Virus record (IMG/VR): IMGVR_UViG_2713896905_000004
Span: 31,599-95,598 of that record
Source of the DNA: a virus
Taxonomy: Duplodnaviria > Heunggongvirae > Uroviricota > Caudoviricetes
Strand: one strand, 5' to 3'
DNA length: 64,000 nucleotides
Shown here: piece by piece, positions 9,588-20,015 of the stretch
Layout: every line of letters begins with the position of its first letter
How positions within the stretch are numbered: the stretch's first letter is position 1
Notes under the pieces: generated by a model
Database searches by the model: none
Seen by the model: only the letters and a program-made list of their open reading frames with translations
What the model was told of the DNA's origin: nothing
Translations under genes and position numbers: made by a program

Positions 9588-9825
9588 TAGTTTTGCCGAC
9601 GTTACGTAATACGACTTTGGATTCACTATTTAATGTGTCTTCAGCGTTGTAGAGCGGCTCAGAAGGAAATGAGCAAACAGGGAAACCTTATACAACGGCA
9701 TTACAGCTATGCATTGCTCATCTTACACACAGCGCAATGTTGTTAGATTACCCCAGCATGGATCATGGGTGAAACAGTAGGTCAGAGCTTCAGGCTCTGT
9801 GTTGTCAATACAGTGAGGCATAATT

Positions 9826-10035
9826 ATGGCTTTCATTCAACCAACCATCGACGACGTTAGACATTGCTCTAACGCTTTATCTGTAGACCCTGCCGAAACC
9901 GACGCTGCCCGCGCCATTGCTGAACACTACTCAAAGATATCCAATCAGGAGTACCGCATCACCCAAGACGACCTGGATGACCTCACTGACACAATCGAAT
10001 ATCTCATGGCAACTAACCAGTTGGACTCACAATAA
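9826..10035 (+). CDS. coi: Coi-like C1 inactivator
   Basis: 69-aa ORF immediately upstream of c1. Confidence 0.65.
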   Translation: MAFIQPTIDDVRHCSNALSVDPAETDAARAIAEHYSKISNQEYRITQDDLDDLTDTIEYLMATNQLDSQ

Positions 10036-10145
10036 ATGCACTAATAAATCTATTATTTTTGTTTGATCCCTCTATAATATAGGTCAGTAATGACCGGTTT
10101 TCTCAGCCGGGCGTTATTGACCATGTCAATTCTGGAGGAGGATCA

Positions 10146-10997
10146 ATGATAAATTATGTCTACGGCGAACAACTGTACCAGGAGTTCGTCAGCTTCAGGG
10201 ATCTCTTTCTAAAAAAAGCTGTTGCACGCGCCCAACACGTTGATACAGCCAGCGACGGTCGTCCTGTACGCCCGGTTGTCGTTCTACCGTTCAAAGAAAC
10301 TGACAGCATTCAGGCTGAAATTGATAAATGGACTTTAATGGCGCGGGAACTGGAACAGTACCCAGACCTCAATATCCCAAAGACTATTTTATATCCAGTG
10401 CCTAACATCCTTCGCGGTGTGCGTAAGGTTACAACTTATCAGACAGAGGCTGTGAACAGCGTCAACATGACCGCTGGCCGCATTATTCATCTGATTGATA
10501 AGGACATTCGCATCCAAAAAAGCGCGGGGATCAATGAGCACAGTGCGAAATACATAGAGAACCTGGAAGCAACAAAAGAGCTAATGAAGCAGTACCCGGA
10601 GGATGAAAAATTCCGTATGCGCGTACACGGCTTTAGCGAAACAATGCTGCGCGTCCACTACATTTCCAGTAGCCCTAACTACAATGATGGTAAATCAGTT
10701 AGTTACCATGTGCCACTGTGTGGCGTGTTTATCTGCGATGAAACTCTCCGTGATGGAATTATCATCAACGGTGAATTCGAAAAAGCAAAATTTAGCCTTT
10801 ATGACTCCATAGAACCGATCATCTGCGACCGCTGGCCGCAAGCAAAAATATATCGCCTGGCAGATATTGAAAATGTAAAAAAACAAATTGCCATCACTCG
10901 CGAAGAGAAAAAGGTTAAGTCAGCCGCATCAGTTACGCGCAGCCGTAAAACCAAGAAGGGGCAGCCAGTAAACGACAACCCCGAAAGCGCGCAATAA
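10146..10997 (+). CDS. c1: C1 repressor of lysis
   Basis: 283-aa protein recognised as P1 C1; its operator is found throughout the window. Confidence 0.85.
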   Translation: MINYVYGEQLYQEFVSFRDLFLKKAVARAQHVDTASDGRPVRPVVVLPFKETDSIQAEIDKWTLMARELEQYPDLNIPKTILYPVPNILRGVRKVTTYQTEAVNSVNMTAGRIIHLIDKDIRIQKSAGINEHSAKYIENLEATKELMKQYPEDEKFRMRVHGFSETMLRVHYISSSPNYNDGKSVSYHVPLCGVFICDETLRDGIIINGEFEKAKFSLYDSIEPIICDRWPQAKIYRLADIENVKKQIAITREEKKVKSAASVTRSRKTKKGQPVNDNPESAQ

Positions 10998-11000
10998 ATT

Positions 11001-11022
11001 ATGCCCGGCATCAACCGGGCAT
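11001..11022. terminator. hairpin between convergent c1 and ant-like genes
   Basis: atgcccggcatcaaccgggcat. Confidence 0.35.
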
Positions 11023-11029
11023 TCTTCCA

Positions 11030-12148
11030 TTATTCAGCCGCCACCGGTTTTAACAAGCCAGCATCGAGCAGTTTACGCGTCAACCACTGCTGGCCTTTAC
11101 CCGTTAATTGAGGCGTCAACCGTATCTGGTAGCCATCTTCATCATCCAGCACCACTTCTTTCACCGTGAAATACCCCGCGTTGATGTACTGCTGGAACGG
11201 CACATTTTTACGTCCACCGGACGCTATCAGGATGCCGTTCTCCCGTAACCAGACAAACAGCGCGTTTTGCTTAAGTCCAACAACCTTTGCAAAATTCCCA
11301 ATCAGGATCCCTTTAGCTACTGATACCCGGTCGGCAAAATCGACCTTAGGAGCGGCGGCCACCAGCTGCTGATTTAGCTGGTGGGCTTTCTGTTCCAGAA
11401 GCTGCTTTTGTTCAGCCAGTTCGGCAGCCAGGCGTAGGGCTTCTGGTAATGTTTGGGGGATTGCAACCGGTTGCTGTTCTTTTTGCCGGAAGTAGCTGTC
11501 TTCCAGTTTTTCAAAGAATGCCCATGCCTGATCGGTTTCGAGCATTTTAGCGTGGCGGGCTGCGCCGCGTTCTGTCCAGAGGGTGAGTGAGCGAACATTG
11601 CGAGCAATTTTTACAGAGTAGTTTAAAGCTACTCTGTGCTTCAACTCGCGCAATGATTCTCCTTCAACTTTGAAAAAGTGCTTCCCTTCAACAAAGCGTA
11701 CTTTGTTCTCATGATGATTTTGGCGAATACGGATTGTTTCTGTCCCATACCCTCTAGCAAGAGTCTCGGTTGTCACTACACGCACTCCCTGCCATTCCAG
11801 AACGGGAATTTCATCAGACTGATTCTGAACAACCACCAGCTCCGATTCCTGAACTGAAGGTGCATGAATTTTTTCTGATTTAACGTTAGTTGCTTTCATT
11901 CTGTGTGCCTCCTTGCGTGCTTCGGCTGCGACGGTTGCGTAATTCAGATGACCCTGTTCGAGCAGGTATTCGCGGATATCAGACAACAGGATACGGTGAA
12001 CCGCGTTCTTGTCCTTTCTCCGGTAAAGTTGTTTGGTGATCATGAAGTAGTTGGCAATAACGCCTGGTATATCCCTGGTACTGATACAGGCAGTGTGCTG
12101 TTCAATTGCCTCGATCATCTCTTCACGGGTAACTAACGATGTTCTCAT
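11030..12148 (-). CDS. Ant-like antirepressor paralog
   Basis: C-terminal ~190 aa nearly identical to the 469-aa Ant at 60843-62252 and to the KilA C-terminus; N-terminus about 60-75 percent identical to Ant. Confidence 0.75.
   Translation of the reverse strand: MRTSLVTREEMIEAIEQHTACISTRDIPGVIANYFMITKQLYRRKDKNAVHRILLSDIREYLLEQGHLNYATVAAEARKEAHRMKATNVKSEKIHAPSVQESELVVVQNQSDEIPVLEWQGVRVVTTETLARGYGTETIRIRQNHHENKVRFVEGKHFFKVEGESLRELKHRVALNYSVKIARNVRSLTLWTERGAARHAKMLETDQAWAFFEKLEDSYFRQKEQQPVAIPQTLPEALRLAAELAEQKQLLEQKAHQLNQQLVAAAPKVDFADRVSVAKGILIGNFAKVVGLKQNALFVWLRENGILIASGGRKNVPFQQYINAGYFTVKEVVLDDEDGYQIRLTPQLTGKGQQWLTRKLLDAGLLKPVAAE
11040..11600. repeat. long dispersed repeat, copy 1 (roughly 90 percent identical to 60855-61400)
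   Basis: By-eye alignment of the 3' portions of the two ant-like genes. Confidence 0.7.
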
Positions 12149-12366
12149 AGTCCCTCCTGAGCAGAAGCGTTAACAGGGAGGCACCAGTAACTGAGAGAAT
12201 TGCGTGAATCAGTGGAAAAACGGGCAGAGAAAATACATGGGGCGTCAGGAAGCTGAGAGCGGGCCTCATCTTCTGTTGGTGCAATAACGAAGTGATAGTG
12301 ACGTTTTTGGCAGGAGTAAAAGCGCCAGATAAATTCAGGATGAGTTGGGGTAGGGATAGTAGCCAT
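12145..12366 (-). CDS. Icd-like small protein, paralog of 62249-62470
   Basis: 73 aa MATIPTPTHPEFIWRFYSCQKRHYHFVIAPTEDEARSQLPD...; AAGGAGG ribosome-binding site; stop overlaps the ant-like start. Confidence 0.65.
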   Translation of the reverse strand: MATIPTPTHPEFIWRFYSCQKRHYHFVIAPTEDEARSQLPDAPCIFSARFSTDSRNSLSYWCLPVNASAQEGL

Positions 12367-12685
12367 ATTGGCAGCCTCCTTAGACGTTGGTATGTAACCA
12401 CCGCAGAAGAGACCAATCTTGCTGGCGGTGGACTGTACGGAGTTGGCCTTACTGGCGTCCAAGGTAACCAGCCTACCCGAAGGTAGCCCCATACAGCCCA
12501 CCATTGTAGAGGTGTGCGTGTACGCCGATACAAAAAAAGACGCGAGCGGCGTCTGTATCGCCTTAGACTTAAGCGGGAGGCCAATCCCGGCACCCGTTTT
12601 AATGAGGTGCCTGATAAGCATAAACCGAAAATGCCTCAAGGCGCAAGAGGTCAGGTTCAATGTAACATCGGTAGTTAAAAAACAC

Positions 12686-12702
12686 AATTCATTAGAGCAA
12701 AT
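12686..12702 (-). promoter_or_regulatory. C1 operator-like site upstream of the second icd/ant module
   Basis: Minus-strand atttgctctaatgaatt, about 13 of 17 matches to consensus. Confidence 0.4.
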
Positions 12703-12704
12703 GT

Positions 12705-14189
12705 TCATTCATTAAGCCATGCCAGAGCTTCATCAACCTGCGCTTCGTCTTCGACGCTAAGCACTTCATCCTGGGGAACATAATCCGCCAGCATAGCGAA
12801 ACAATATGTATCCCAATGGTCTGGTGAGTGCAGGTTGAGTTTTTTCTTCATATCCTCCTTACTCATCACCTTCCATTGACCTGCGGAGTTAATCCCTACA
12901 GGGATTTTCGACGCTTCCTCAATAGTTTCATTACCCTTATCCAGTCTCATACGACCAGATTTTACGGCCTCTGCGGCTTGAACATTGGCATAAGCACGTT
13001 TATCAAAGTACAGGCTCTTATCTTCACGGCTATGCATCTTTTTACCCCAGCGTATACGCTGTACGGTAATACCATAATACTCGTACATCAGATCCGCCGT
13101 TGCTTTACCCAGGCCATCGCCGTCTATCGCTATGGTGATATTGGGGAATCGCTCAGGATTACATTCTGCGAAAATTTTGGCGGCAAGCTGCGTTTCTGTA
13201 ACGTCTGTGTATTCCAGCATTCGATAGTTGATTACACGGCGTTTATTTCGCTGGCCGGACACCATCATGATATTGATAACGGACTTATCCCGTCCTGTAC
13301 CACCAGCAACGTCCACACATGCAAGCCAGCCCCATCCTTTGGCAATCTTGACTTTCCGCCGCGTCGCACGTTCAACCTCATCACGTCCAAGAAGGAAGCC
13401 ATCCTGTGATTTAGGGAATAGTCCGCGTACCTTAATCATGTACATAGGGTTATCACGCCCGCCGTACTCCGCCAGCTTCATTTTGATAAATGCTGGAGTT
13501 ACCAGCGGTGATTCCTCACTGTTAAGCGTGATCGCCGTATAAACGCCATCAGGGTTACCAGGACGCTTGGCCAGTTTATGGTGAGTATCGTAGAAATAGC
13601 CGCTTGGGCGTGTAGGCTGTGACAGTAATAAGATGCGGTTATCCTGTCCGGTAAGAGCACCGGTGATGATACCGAAAGCTCTATCACTGACACCGGAGGC
13701 TTCATCGATAATATACAGAAGATGATCTGCGTGTTCACCGGCGAGAGCTTCTTCACTTCCCAGACGAAAGCCCTTCGGTACTACAGTCCATACACCTTTA
13801 CCAGTAACCTCATAGAAAGCGGTTTCTGTCAGAACAAAATAATCAGCAAGCCATGGAAAACGGCTGGTGGCAGTAGCCCAGTTTATCTTGATGTACTTGA
13901 ATATACCGGTCATTACCTGCTGAATTTTGTTCGCAACGATAATGGCGCGGGCACCGGGATACATGATTATGAACAACATGATCATGATAGAAGTCATGTC
14001 TGATTTCCCGGTACCGTGACCAGACGAAACAGATGTCTTGCTACCCTGTTCCTGCACAGACTCAATAATCAGATCCTGCTGCCAGGTAGGTGTTTTGCCG
14101 AACAAAACATCAGCGGCAGCAATCCAGTCATAACGATATAGCGCCACCAGCTCGCGCCAACGTGGATCCGTTACGCAACTTCTGGCCAT
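12705..14189 (-). CDS. pacB: terminase large subunit PacB
   Basis: 494 aa; ATPase-like motifs; follows pacA. Confidence 0.8.
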   Translation of the reverse strand: MARSCVTDPRWRELVALYRYDWIAAADVLFGKTPTWQQDLIIESVQEQGSKTSVSSGHGTGKSDMTSIMIMLFIIMYPGARAIIVANKIQQVMTGIFKYIKINWATATSRFPWLADYFVLTETAFYEVTGKGVWTVVPKGFRLGSEEALAGEHADHLLYIIDEASGVSDRAFGIITGALTGQDNRILLLSQPTRPSGYFYDTHHKLAKRPGNPDGVYTAITLNSEESPLVTPAFIKMKLAEYGGRDNPMYMIKVRGLFPKSQDGFLLGRDEVERATRRKVKIAKGWGWLACVDVAGGTGRDKSVINIMMVSGQRNKRRVINYRMLEYTDVTETQLAAKIFAECNPERFPNITIAIDGDGLGKATADLMYEYYGITVQRIRWGKKMHSREDKSLYFDKRAYANVQAAEAVKSGRMRLDKGNETIEEASKIPVGINSAGQWKVMSKEDMKKKLNLHSPDHWDTYCFAMLADYVPQDEVLSVEDEAQVDEALAWLNE

Positions 14190-15382
14190 TAATCATCATC
14201 CCCGTATAGCTTGCGGGTAACTTCTTCATCTTCCTCCTCGTCTTCGTCCAGGTCTTGTTCCAGCCATGGGTCGTTTGATACACCTTCAGTATCAACATCT
14301 CCATAACCGCCTGTATCAACGATATCGGCGATTTCTTCCCTACGCTGCTCAATCCACAATGCGGCATCGGCGCGGCGGTTGGCGGCCCGTTCTCGCGCAA
14401 CTTTGTCCAGATCTTCAAGAGAAGGGCCACCGACGGCTGTTTGCCTTTCCTCATCATCGGTATTGGTCTTAGGAGCACGCAGATCGGCTTTGATTTGCTC
14501 CAGCATCAGGGGCGGCACTTTTCCGCCATGCGCCTCGATGAATTCAGCTGCTTCCAGCACTGACCAGTTATTTTCACGCTTTCGTTCGTATGCCAGCTTA
14601 ACAATGCCAGCTTGCCCCATAGATAAAGCGTGCTTTTCCGCCTCCCGGCTTTCTTTTCGATAGTTATTCCGGATGCTGTAAATGGTGTTGATCAGGCTGC
14701 TTATCTGCGCGGAACAGCTGTTTAGCATGCTCGCGATACGATATTCAGGCGGAGTCCCTTCATCATCGTCTTTTTGCTGATCGCGCATTTCCTGCACCAG
14801 ACGAATACACGTATCCCTGGCGTTCTCCAGCATAAGGAGATGAGAAAGAGACTTTTCCAGAAGAGTGGTTTCCAGAACATCGGCCCCGGACCGACGCAAC
14901 ATAGCGCGCGCGGCCTTCCGCGCTTCAACGTTATCTATCAGGTAATCGCCAGCTTCGAATTCAAAGCGTTCACCATCATCATCCAGGGTGTCGCGTTCCA
15001 GGCGATCACGTAAGGTCCGGTGGGCGCGGGTGATCACGTCATGATCATCAGAACGATCATTTATGCGCTTATTCTGGCGCTTCGCGTTCTCGACTGCGGC
15101 ACTGACAACAGCATTAACTCTTTGTTTTTCAGCCATTTCAGCCACAATGTGATCACCTGCACGTTGATCATTAGCGTGATCAATGATCATGCTTTTTAGT
15201 GGTTTTCTGACAGGCTTATTTGGCTTACGGCTGTCCGCTGTTCCGGTGTCTTCTTTGAATGCACGGAGATAACGACGTGCGGTGTTTGGGTTGAGATTAA
15301 ACTCGGCGGCATATTGTGCGATGGTGTAACCACCATCTCGCGCCAGGCGAGCAAAATTCTTCTTGTGATCGTCCCAGGTCAC
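14189..15382 (-). CDS. pacA: terminase small subunit PacA (contains pac site)
   Basis: 397 aa; N-terminal helix-turn-helix; embedded GATC-hexamer pac site. Confidence 0.8.
   Translation of the reverse strand: MTWDDHKKNFARLARDGGYTIAQYAAEFNLNPNTARRYLRAFKEDTGTADSRKPNKPVRKPLKSMIIDHANDQRAGDHIVAEMAEKQRVNAVVSAAVENAKRQNKRINDRSDDHDVITRAHRTLRDRLERDTLDDDGERFEFEAGDYLIDNVEARKAARAMLRRSGADVLETTLLEKSLSHLLMLENARDTCIRLVQEMRDQQKDDDEGTPPEYRIASMLNSCSAQISSLINTIYSIRNNYRKESREAEKHALSMGQAGIVKLAYERKRENNWSVLEAAEFIEAHGGKVPPLMLEQIKADLRAPKTNTDDEERQTAVGGPSLEDLDKVARERAANRRADAALWIEQRREEIADIVDTGGYGDVDTEGVSNDPWLEQDLDEDEEEDEEVTRKLYGDDD
15030..15192. other. pac packaging site
   Basis: Two clusters of TGATCA/G hexamers (3 + 4 GATC) about 100 bp apart inside pacA. 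Confidence 0.7.
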
Positions 15383-15468
15383 TTATGCTTCCTTTCGTAT
15401 AAAACTCTTTTTGACGCGAGGGTAACGAAAGTCACATGTCAAAAGGCCCGGAACGGGCAAGCAATCAA

Positions 15469-15921
15469 TCAGATACGTGCGGATGTGGCATTACCGTAAT
15501 GACGGTGCTGACGGACCACCTTATTGAAAAGTTGACGCGCCATCACCCAAGGCTGGTGCTCCCGGCGTTCCTTTTCGTCCTGCGTCATATAGAGTTCGTT
15601 CTGGAGTTTTTCATCAAACCGGCGCGGAGCGCGGCTGCGGCGAAAGAATTCAGGATTCAGAGAGTGGATCTGAAATCTACGTGGGCGTGTACTGTCATCA
15701 ATCAAAACAGACGAATACTTAGACACAGCGATAGCCTTTAAGCGCAGATAAACATCGCGCTTATCGACATCCAGATGCGGGTATTCCTTTTCAAGAATTG
15801 CTGCGAGTTCTTTCGCTGATAGAAGAGATTTAGTGCGGATCATGTAATCCGCAATCTCGTACGATGTTATTCGTGAGTGATTTATTTCCATGAAGTGGCG
15901 TCCCTGCCAGTTAAGTAACAT
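15469..15921 (-). CDS. lpa: late promoter activator Lpa-like
   Basis: 150-aa protein at the lpa position with a C1 operator upstream. Confidence 0.65.
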   Translation of the reverse strand: MLLNWQGRHFMEINHSRITSYEIADYMIRTKSLLSAKELAAILEKEYPHLDVDKRDVYLRLKAIAVSKYSSVLIDDSTRPRRFQIHSLNPEFFRRSRAPRRFDEKLQNELYMTQDEKERREHQPWVMARQLFNKVVRQHRHYGNATSARI

Positions 15922-15991
15922 CCTGTCACCTACTGATTAGCCCATGTCAACTAATCAACGTCGAATATAATACCCTCGATTAAAGAAATAG

Positions 15992-16008
15992 CAATACATT
16001 AGAGCAAT
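15992..16008 (-). promoter_or_regulatory. C1 operator upstream of the lpa-like gene
   Basis: caatacattagagcaat. Confidence 0.5.
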
Positions 16009-16009
16009 T

Positions 16010-17053
16010 TTATCTAACGCTCGACGAGTGACTTGTGATAGCGCCGACTCCAAGCGCGTAATCAAAGAACAATCGTTGATGCATCGCCAGCCTACCGTGC
16101 GTCTTCTCCCAATTATCGCGGTCACGCTCAATATCACGCTGGCATGACTGGCACAGAGGAATAGCATAAATGTCATGCGCGCATAATCGACTATGACGAA
16201 CGATATAAGGCGTAATGTGAGCGCCAGCTCCCGCAGCTCCACAGCCACAGCATGGACGGGAAGCCACAAAGTCCATGTACTCGGGCAATTTTAGCGATTG
16301 AAGTTTTGGTATTTTGAAATGCGCCATACCTGGGTCGGAGTCAACATCCACAGGGCATACTTTTGCACGCATCGGCGCGGCGCGTTCTTCCATCATCTGA
16401 ACATATGCTGTAGCGCGATCGTCATACGGGCGAATATCCGCCTCTTTCAGAGGTCCGCTATCCTGCGGAGTAGCCTTCATCTTATTTATTGATATGCGGC
16501 AGACTTCTTCCGGCATCAGGTGCATCATGTTGCGCATGAAAGCCCACCAGCACAGCTCCTGAATACTTAAATCATGGCTATTTGAAAGGCCCATTTCCTG
16601 ACGGGCGACATCCAGTATCCAGTTAACGCGATTATTGTGCAGCGTTTCTTTCAGCTCATTAAAACCACGCATCCGGTAATGGTTATCGTGATGCCAGCAC
16701 AACAACACCGCGCTATTGTCTCGTTCTGCGTGGACAATATGGTTGTCACACCAGCTACGATCTGCGGCCTGGCATTGCCCCTCTTTCCTGCGCAACCACG
16801 CCACCAGCGCGTCAATTCCACCAATACGGCGAAACAGTTCATCGCTGTTAAAAAACGGCTGCAACGCCTCATTTGTTGCCATAGTTTGCTCGGAAACAAC
16901 GAGGCCGTCGTCCATGTGCTCGATTAACTCACGCGGCACCGGCTCCATAATAAATTTACGGCCAGCCTCCACCAGCTTTCTGACTTCCTGATCCACTTTG
17001 AATGTGGCGACGCCAAGCTCTTTTTGTACAAAGGGAGTAATTACGGCTTTCAC
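16010..17053 (-). CDS. hypothetical Cys-rich protein (pdcB position)
   Basis: 347 aa with C-terminal CxxC clusters; downstream of doc. Confidence 0.5.
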   Translation of the reverse strand: MKAVITPFVQKELGVATFKVDQEVRKLVEAGRKFIMEPVPRELIEHMDDGLVVSEQTMATNEALQPFFNSDELFRRIGGIDALVAWLRRKEGQCQAADRSWCDNHIVHAERDNSAVLLCWHHDNHYRMRGFNELKETLHNNRVNWILDVARQEMGLSNSHDLSIQELCWWAFMRNMMHLMPEEVCRISINKMKATPQDSGPLKEADIRPYDDRATAYVQMMEERAAPMRAKVCPVDVDSDPGMAHFKIPKLQSLKLPEYMDFVASRPCCGCGAAGAGAHITPYIVRHSRLCAHDIYAIPLCQSCQRDIERDRDNWEKTHGRLAMHQRLFFDYALGVGAITSHSSSVR

Positions 17054-17080
17054 ATCACACCTTTCATCACTGATTGGGCT

Positions 17081-17260
17081 TTATCTGCTGCCCGGCATTC
17101 TCTGTTTAAGCACAACCATTTCCTGACGGCATAACACAGCAATAGCGGTCCTGGCACCAATTTGCTTACCAACCAGGTATTGCTTTACCTCGCGGCGACT
17201 CACGCCATCAAGAAGCATCTTTAACGCTTCACGGGACAACTTGTTGTATTTGCGTGCCAT
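17081..17260 (-). CDS. small hypothetical protein (pdcA position)
   Basis: GGAG ribosome-binding site 7 nt upstream of the ATG at 17260. Confidence 0.4.
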   Translation of the reverse strand: MARKYNKLSREALKMLLDGVSRREVKQYLVGKQIGARTAIAVLCRQEMVVLKQRMPGSR

Positions 17261-17264
17261 TAAT

Positions 17265-17645
17265 CTACTCCGCAGAACCATACAATCTACGTAACGTGTC
17301 GGCGACAGAAGATACAGATATCTCGCCAGTCGCAGCGCCTACGGTAAGGTCTGCCAGTTCAGGTGAATCAAATACCTGCACCCCGTTACGGCGTAGAAAT
17401 AGCAGCGCACTGTTTAGCGCGGTACGCTTATTGGCATCATTGAATATATGCCCTCTCGCTGTAGCCACCAGGTAGGTGGCGGAGACTTCGAAAAGGTCGG
17501 TGATCTCTTCGTAGGCAACTCTGGCCTGAACTCTCCCGATAATGGCCTCTGCCCTACCCGGATCAGACATTCCCGGCAGGCCGCCGTAGCGGCTTATATT
17601 CGCATCATGAAGCGCAATAAGTTCTTCCGGTGATATATGCCTCAT
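17265..17645 (-). CDS. doc: Doc toxin (Fic-fold kinase)
   Basis: 126-aa protein recognised as P1 Doc. Confidence 0.92.
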
Positions 17646-17866
17646 TATCGGTTAACCAGTTCCTTGTTGGTGGAGTCCAGGGTGTCAAATAGGGATGCAA
17701 ATTCAGCATCCAGCGCCGCTTTTTTGTAGGCTTCGAAAGTAGCCTTGCTGACAATTACTGCTGGCTCACGGCCTCTGCGGGTGATTTCAACCTCTTCCCC
17801 GGCTTCAACATTGTTGAGCACTTCAGAAAGGTTGCCGCGCGCGGTACGGAAGTTAATGGATTGCAT
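17645..17866 (-). CDS. phd: Phd antitoxin
   Basis: 73 aa [39 protein letters not shown]...; overlaps the doc start. Confidence 0.9.
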
Positions 17867-17938
17867 AAACACCTCGTGTACTCGTTATGTGTACACAATT
17901 ATAAACTTCACAGGCATAAAGCACCAGCACTTTGCAGC

Positions 17939-18328
17939 TTAAATGACCGGACAATCATCAAACTCCCCACTCCGGGCATCATTGATGACATGAGTGATCA
18001 CACCAAAAACAGCATTACTACCTGTGTAACCATCGTCATCTACTGGTAACGCCTCTTTCTTCCCGGTGCTTAAATCCTCCAGGTGCTGGCGCGGATACTT
18101 TCGGTATCTCTTTATGCGATATTCACCCTCCATAGCGCACACAAGCAGAGAACCATCAACCGGAGTAAGCGAGGAATCAACCACCAGCAAAGCACCCTGC
18201 AATATTCCCTCACGGTGATGGCTATCAGCTGCCCGCATGAAGTAGGTTGCTGATGGATGCCTGATTAGTTGCTGATCAAGAGAAATTCGGCTTTCAACAT
18301 AATCCGCCGCAGGAGAAGGGAAGCCCAT
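17939..18328 (-). CDS. humD: UmuD-like protein HumD
   Basis: 129-aa peptidase S24 / UmuD'-like C-terminal domain. Confidence 0.8.
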   Translation of the reverse strand: MGFPSPAADYVESRISLDQQLIRHPSATYFMRAADSHHREGILQGALLVVDSSLTPVDGSLLVCAMEGEYRIKRYRKYPRQHLEDLSTGKKEALPVDDDGYTGSNAVFGVITHVINDARSGEFDDCPVI

Positions 18329-18347
18329 AGCGTTTTCACCTCAATAA

Positions 18348-18367
18348 TACTGTTCATTTATACAGTA
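18348..18367. promoter_or_regulatory. LexA (SOS) box
   Basis: tactgttcatttatacagta = CTGT-N8-ACAG palindrome between divergent humD and the 18503 gene. Confidence 0.65.
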
Positions 18368-18502
18368 TACATTAAAGAGACACCTTTGGCGCAAACGCGT
18401 TACGTACATCAACCACCGCTGATGATTTTGTGCTCTTTGCTACTATTCATCACCAACGGATCAGCGTAACCTCGTTGCCAATCAGTTAATAAGGAATTAG
18501 CT

Positions 18503-19087
18503 ATGCCTAATCGCATTCCTCTCGATCCTGTATTGCCCAAAAATTTTGACTGCACTCCTAACGAGAAACGCTCTAAAGCTCAGCTGGACGCCTGGTGGGA
18601 CCATCCCTATGGGGTTACAGAACATGACGGGAAAATTGTTGTTTATTGTCTGAATGGTGGCGCGTGGGACCGCCCATCCGTGCTTGGTTTGGCAAATAAC
18701 TATGATGAAGCCTGTGAACTTGCCGAAAGACAGCAGGCTAGATGGGTGAAAACACGGTCACAGCCGACATTCATGTTTTCAAAAGAACCGCCATTTATAC
18801 TGGCGAGGATGCCGCAGCGACCGGATCATCAACAAGAAATTGTTGCTGAATTTTCCTCAAGGGATGAGATGAATCTCTTCTCATTAAAGCAGGAAGAAAG
18901 GGAGCGCGTCGAAGTGTCTCCAACTCTCGACCACAACCGGATGAACCTGGCCCAACTCGCCTGGTACAGCAAAGAATTAGAGATGTCTATTGCCCGACTT
19001 GAAAACGAAAAAGCCGCTATCCAAGCCCAGCATGAAGTAGTTCTGAACCGGATTAGAGAAATGCAAAACGATAACAGGGGATTTTGA
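18503..19087 (+). CDS. hypothetical protein, likely SOS-regulated (lxr position)
   Basis: 194 aa with coiled-coil C-terminus; LexA box about 135 bp upstream. Confidence 0.55.
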   Translation: MPNRIPLDPVLPKNFDCTPNEKRSKAQLDAWWDHPYGVTEHDGKIVVYCLNGGAWDRPSVLGLANNYDEACELAERQQARWVKTRSQPTFMFSKEPPFILARMPQRPDHQQEIVAEFSSRDEMNLFSLKQEERERVEVSPTLDHNRMNLAQLAWYSKELEMSIARLENEKAAIQAQHEVVLNRIREMQNDNRGF

Positions 19088-19450
19088 ATGGCTAAAATCG
19101 AGTACCATCGCGATCGCGGTAATTACCTGGAAATATACGATCATGAATCTCTTAACGATATCAACGATGCGTTATATGAATACTGTGAAAAAACGAGCAT
19201 CACAGATGCACCTGATGCATTTGTCGAGCTACCGGTATATCTCCGCGACATCTATGCAATACGAACACCGCCCGTATCGGTGATCCACATTGGCTATGTC
19301 CGCCTGTCCATCGAAGAAGATGAAGATCGATATATCGTGCGCCACTATACATTGGACAGAAAAGAGCTTCCCAATGAATGGAACATGAGTAATTTCTACA
19401 ACGGTGAATATGGCTTAAAACCCGCTAAGAATGGCGCGGGCATTGCGTAA
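19088..19450 (+). CDS. hypothetical protein, coupled to the preceding gene
   Basis: Start ATG immediately follows the upstream TGA. Confidence 0.55.
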   Translation: MAKIEYHRDRGNYLEIYDHESLNDINDALYEYCEKTSITDAPDAFVELPVYLRDIYAIRTPPVSVIHIGYVRLSIEEDEDRYIVRHYTLDRKELPNEWNMSNFYNGEYGLKPAKNGAGIA

Positions 19451-19461
19451 TAGCCTAACAA

Positions 19462-19701
19462 CTATTCTGTTTTCTGATATGCCGGATCGTTCCCTTTTGG
19501 CAACTGGAGGCTTAACTGCCGATAGTGCCGTAACCGTTCCATGAAATAGGTGCGCAGATTCTCTGGTTGCTCGCGGGCTACCTGTTCAGCTATGACAGGT
19601 ATGTTCAATCGCTCTTTGTACGCCACACCGCTGGCAGCCAGATCAACGTTAACCTTATCCCGTTCTTCCTGACTTTTAGCTGCAATATTCCAGTCGCTCA
19701 T
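19462..19701 (-). CDS. hot: DNA polymerase III theta subunit homolog (Hot)
   Basis: 79 aa with [33 protein letters not shown] resembling E. coli HolE. Confidence 0.8.
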   Translation of the reverse strand: MSDWNIAAKSQEERDKVNVDLAASGVAYKERLNIPVIAEQVAREQPENLRTYFMERLRHYRQLSLQLPKGNDPAYQKTE

Positions 19702-19703
19702 AT

Positions 19704-19976
19704 TTAAGGCTCACATTTCCAGATGGTATTCTGAACACCCGAACCGGGCGCAAGATTAGGGTTAGCGTTCGCGCTATGCTGATATACTGCTTTAGACTTC
19801 CCATATTGCTGACAGGCTTTATCTGCGGTTTTTTGCAGGCTATCCAGGCCATACCAACCATCTGACTGTATGCTTACCTTTTCACCGTCGTTGTATTGCA
19901 CCATTGCACACCCAGATATAGCCAGTATCGCGCCGACAATAACGCTTTTCCATAAAACTCTATGCAACATATACAA
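19704..19976 (-). CDS. small lipoprotein
   Basis: Signal peptide with lipobox ILAISGC. Confidence 0.5.
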   Translation of the reverse strand: MYMLHRVLWKSVIVGAILAISGCAMVQYNDGEKVSIQSDGWYGLDSLQKTADKACQQYGKSKAVYQHSANANPNLAPGSGVQNTIWKCEP

Positions 19977-20015
19977 AAATCCCCTCTGTGAATTGAGGGG
20001 ATTTTAGCATGGTGA

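Noticed and set aside
12145-12708. 187-aa ORF read as a single protein
   Set aside because: Only the last 73 codons match Icd and have a strong ribosome-binding site; the upstream part is the non-coding leader region.
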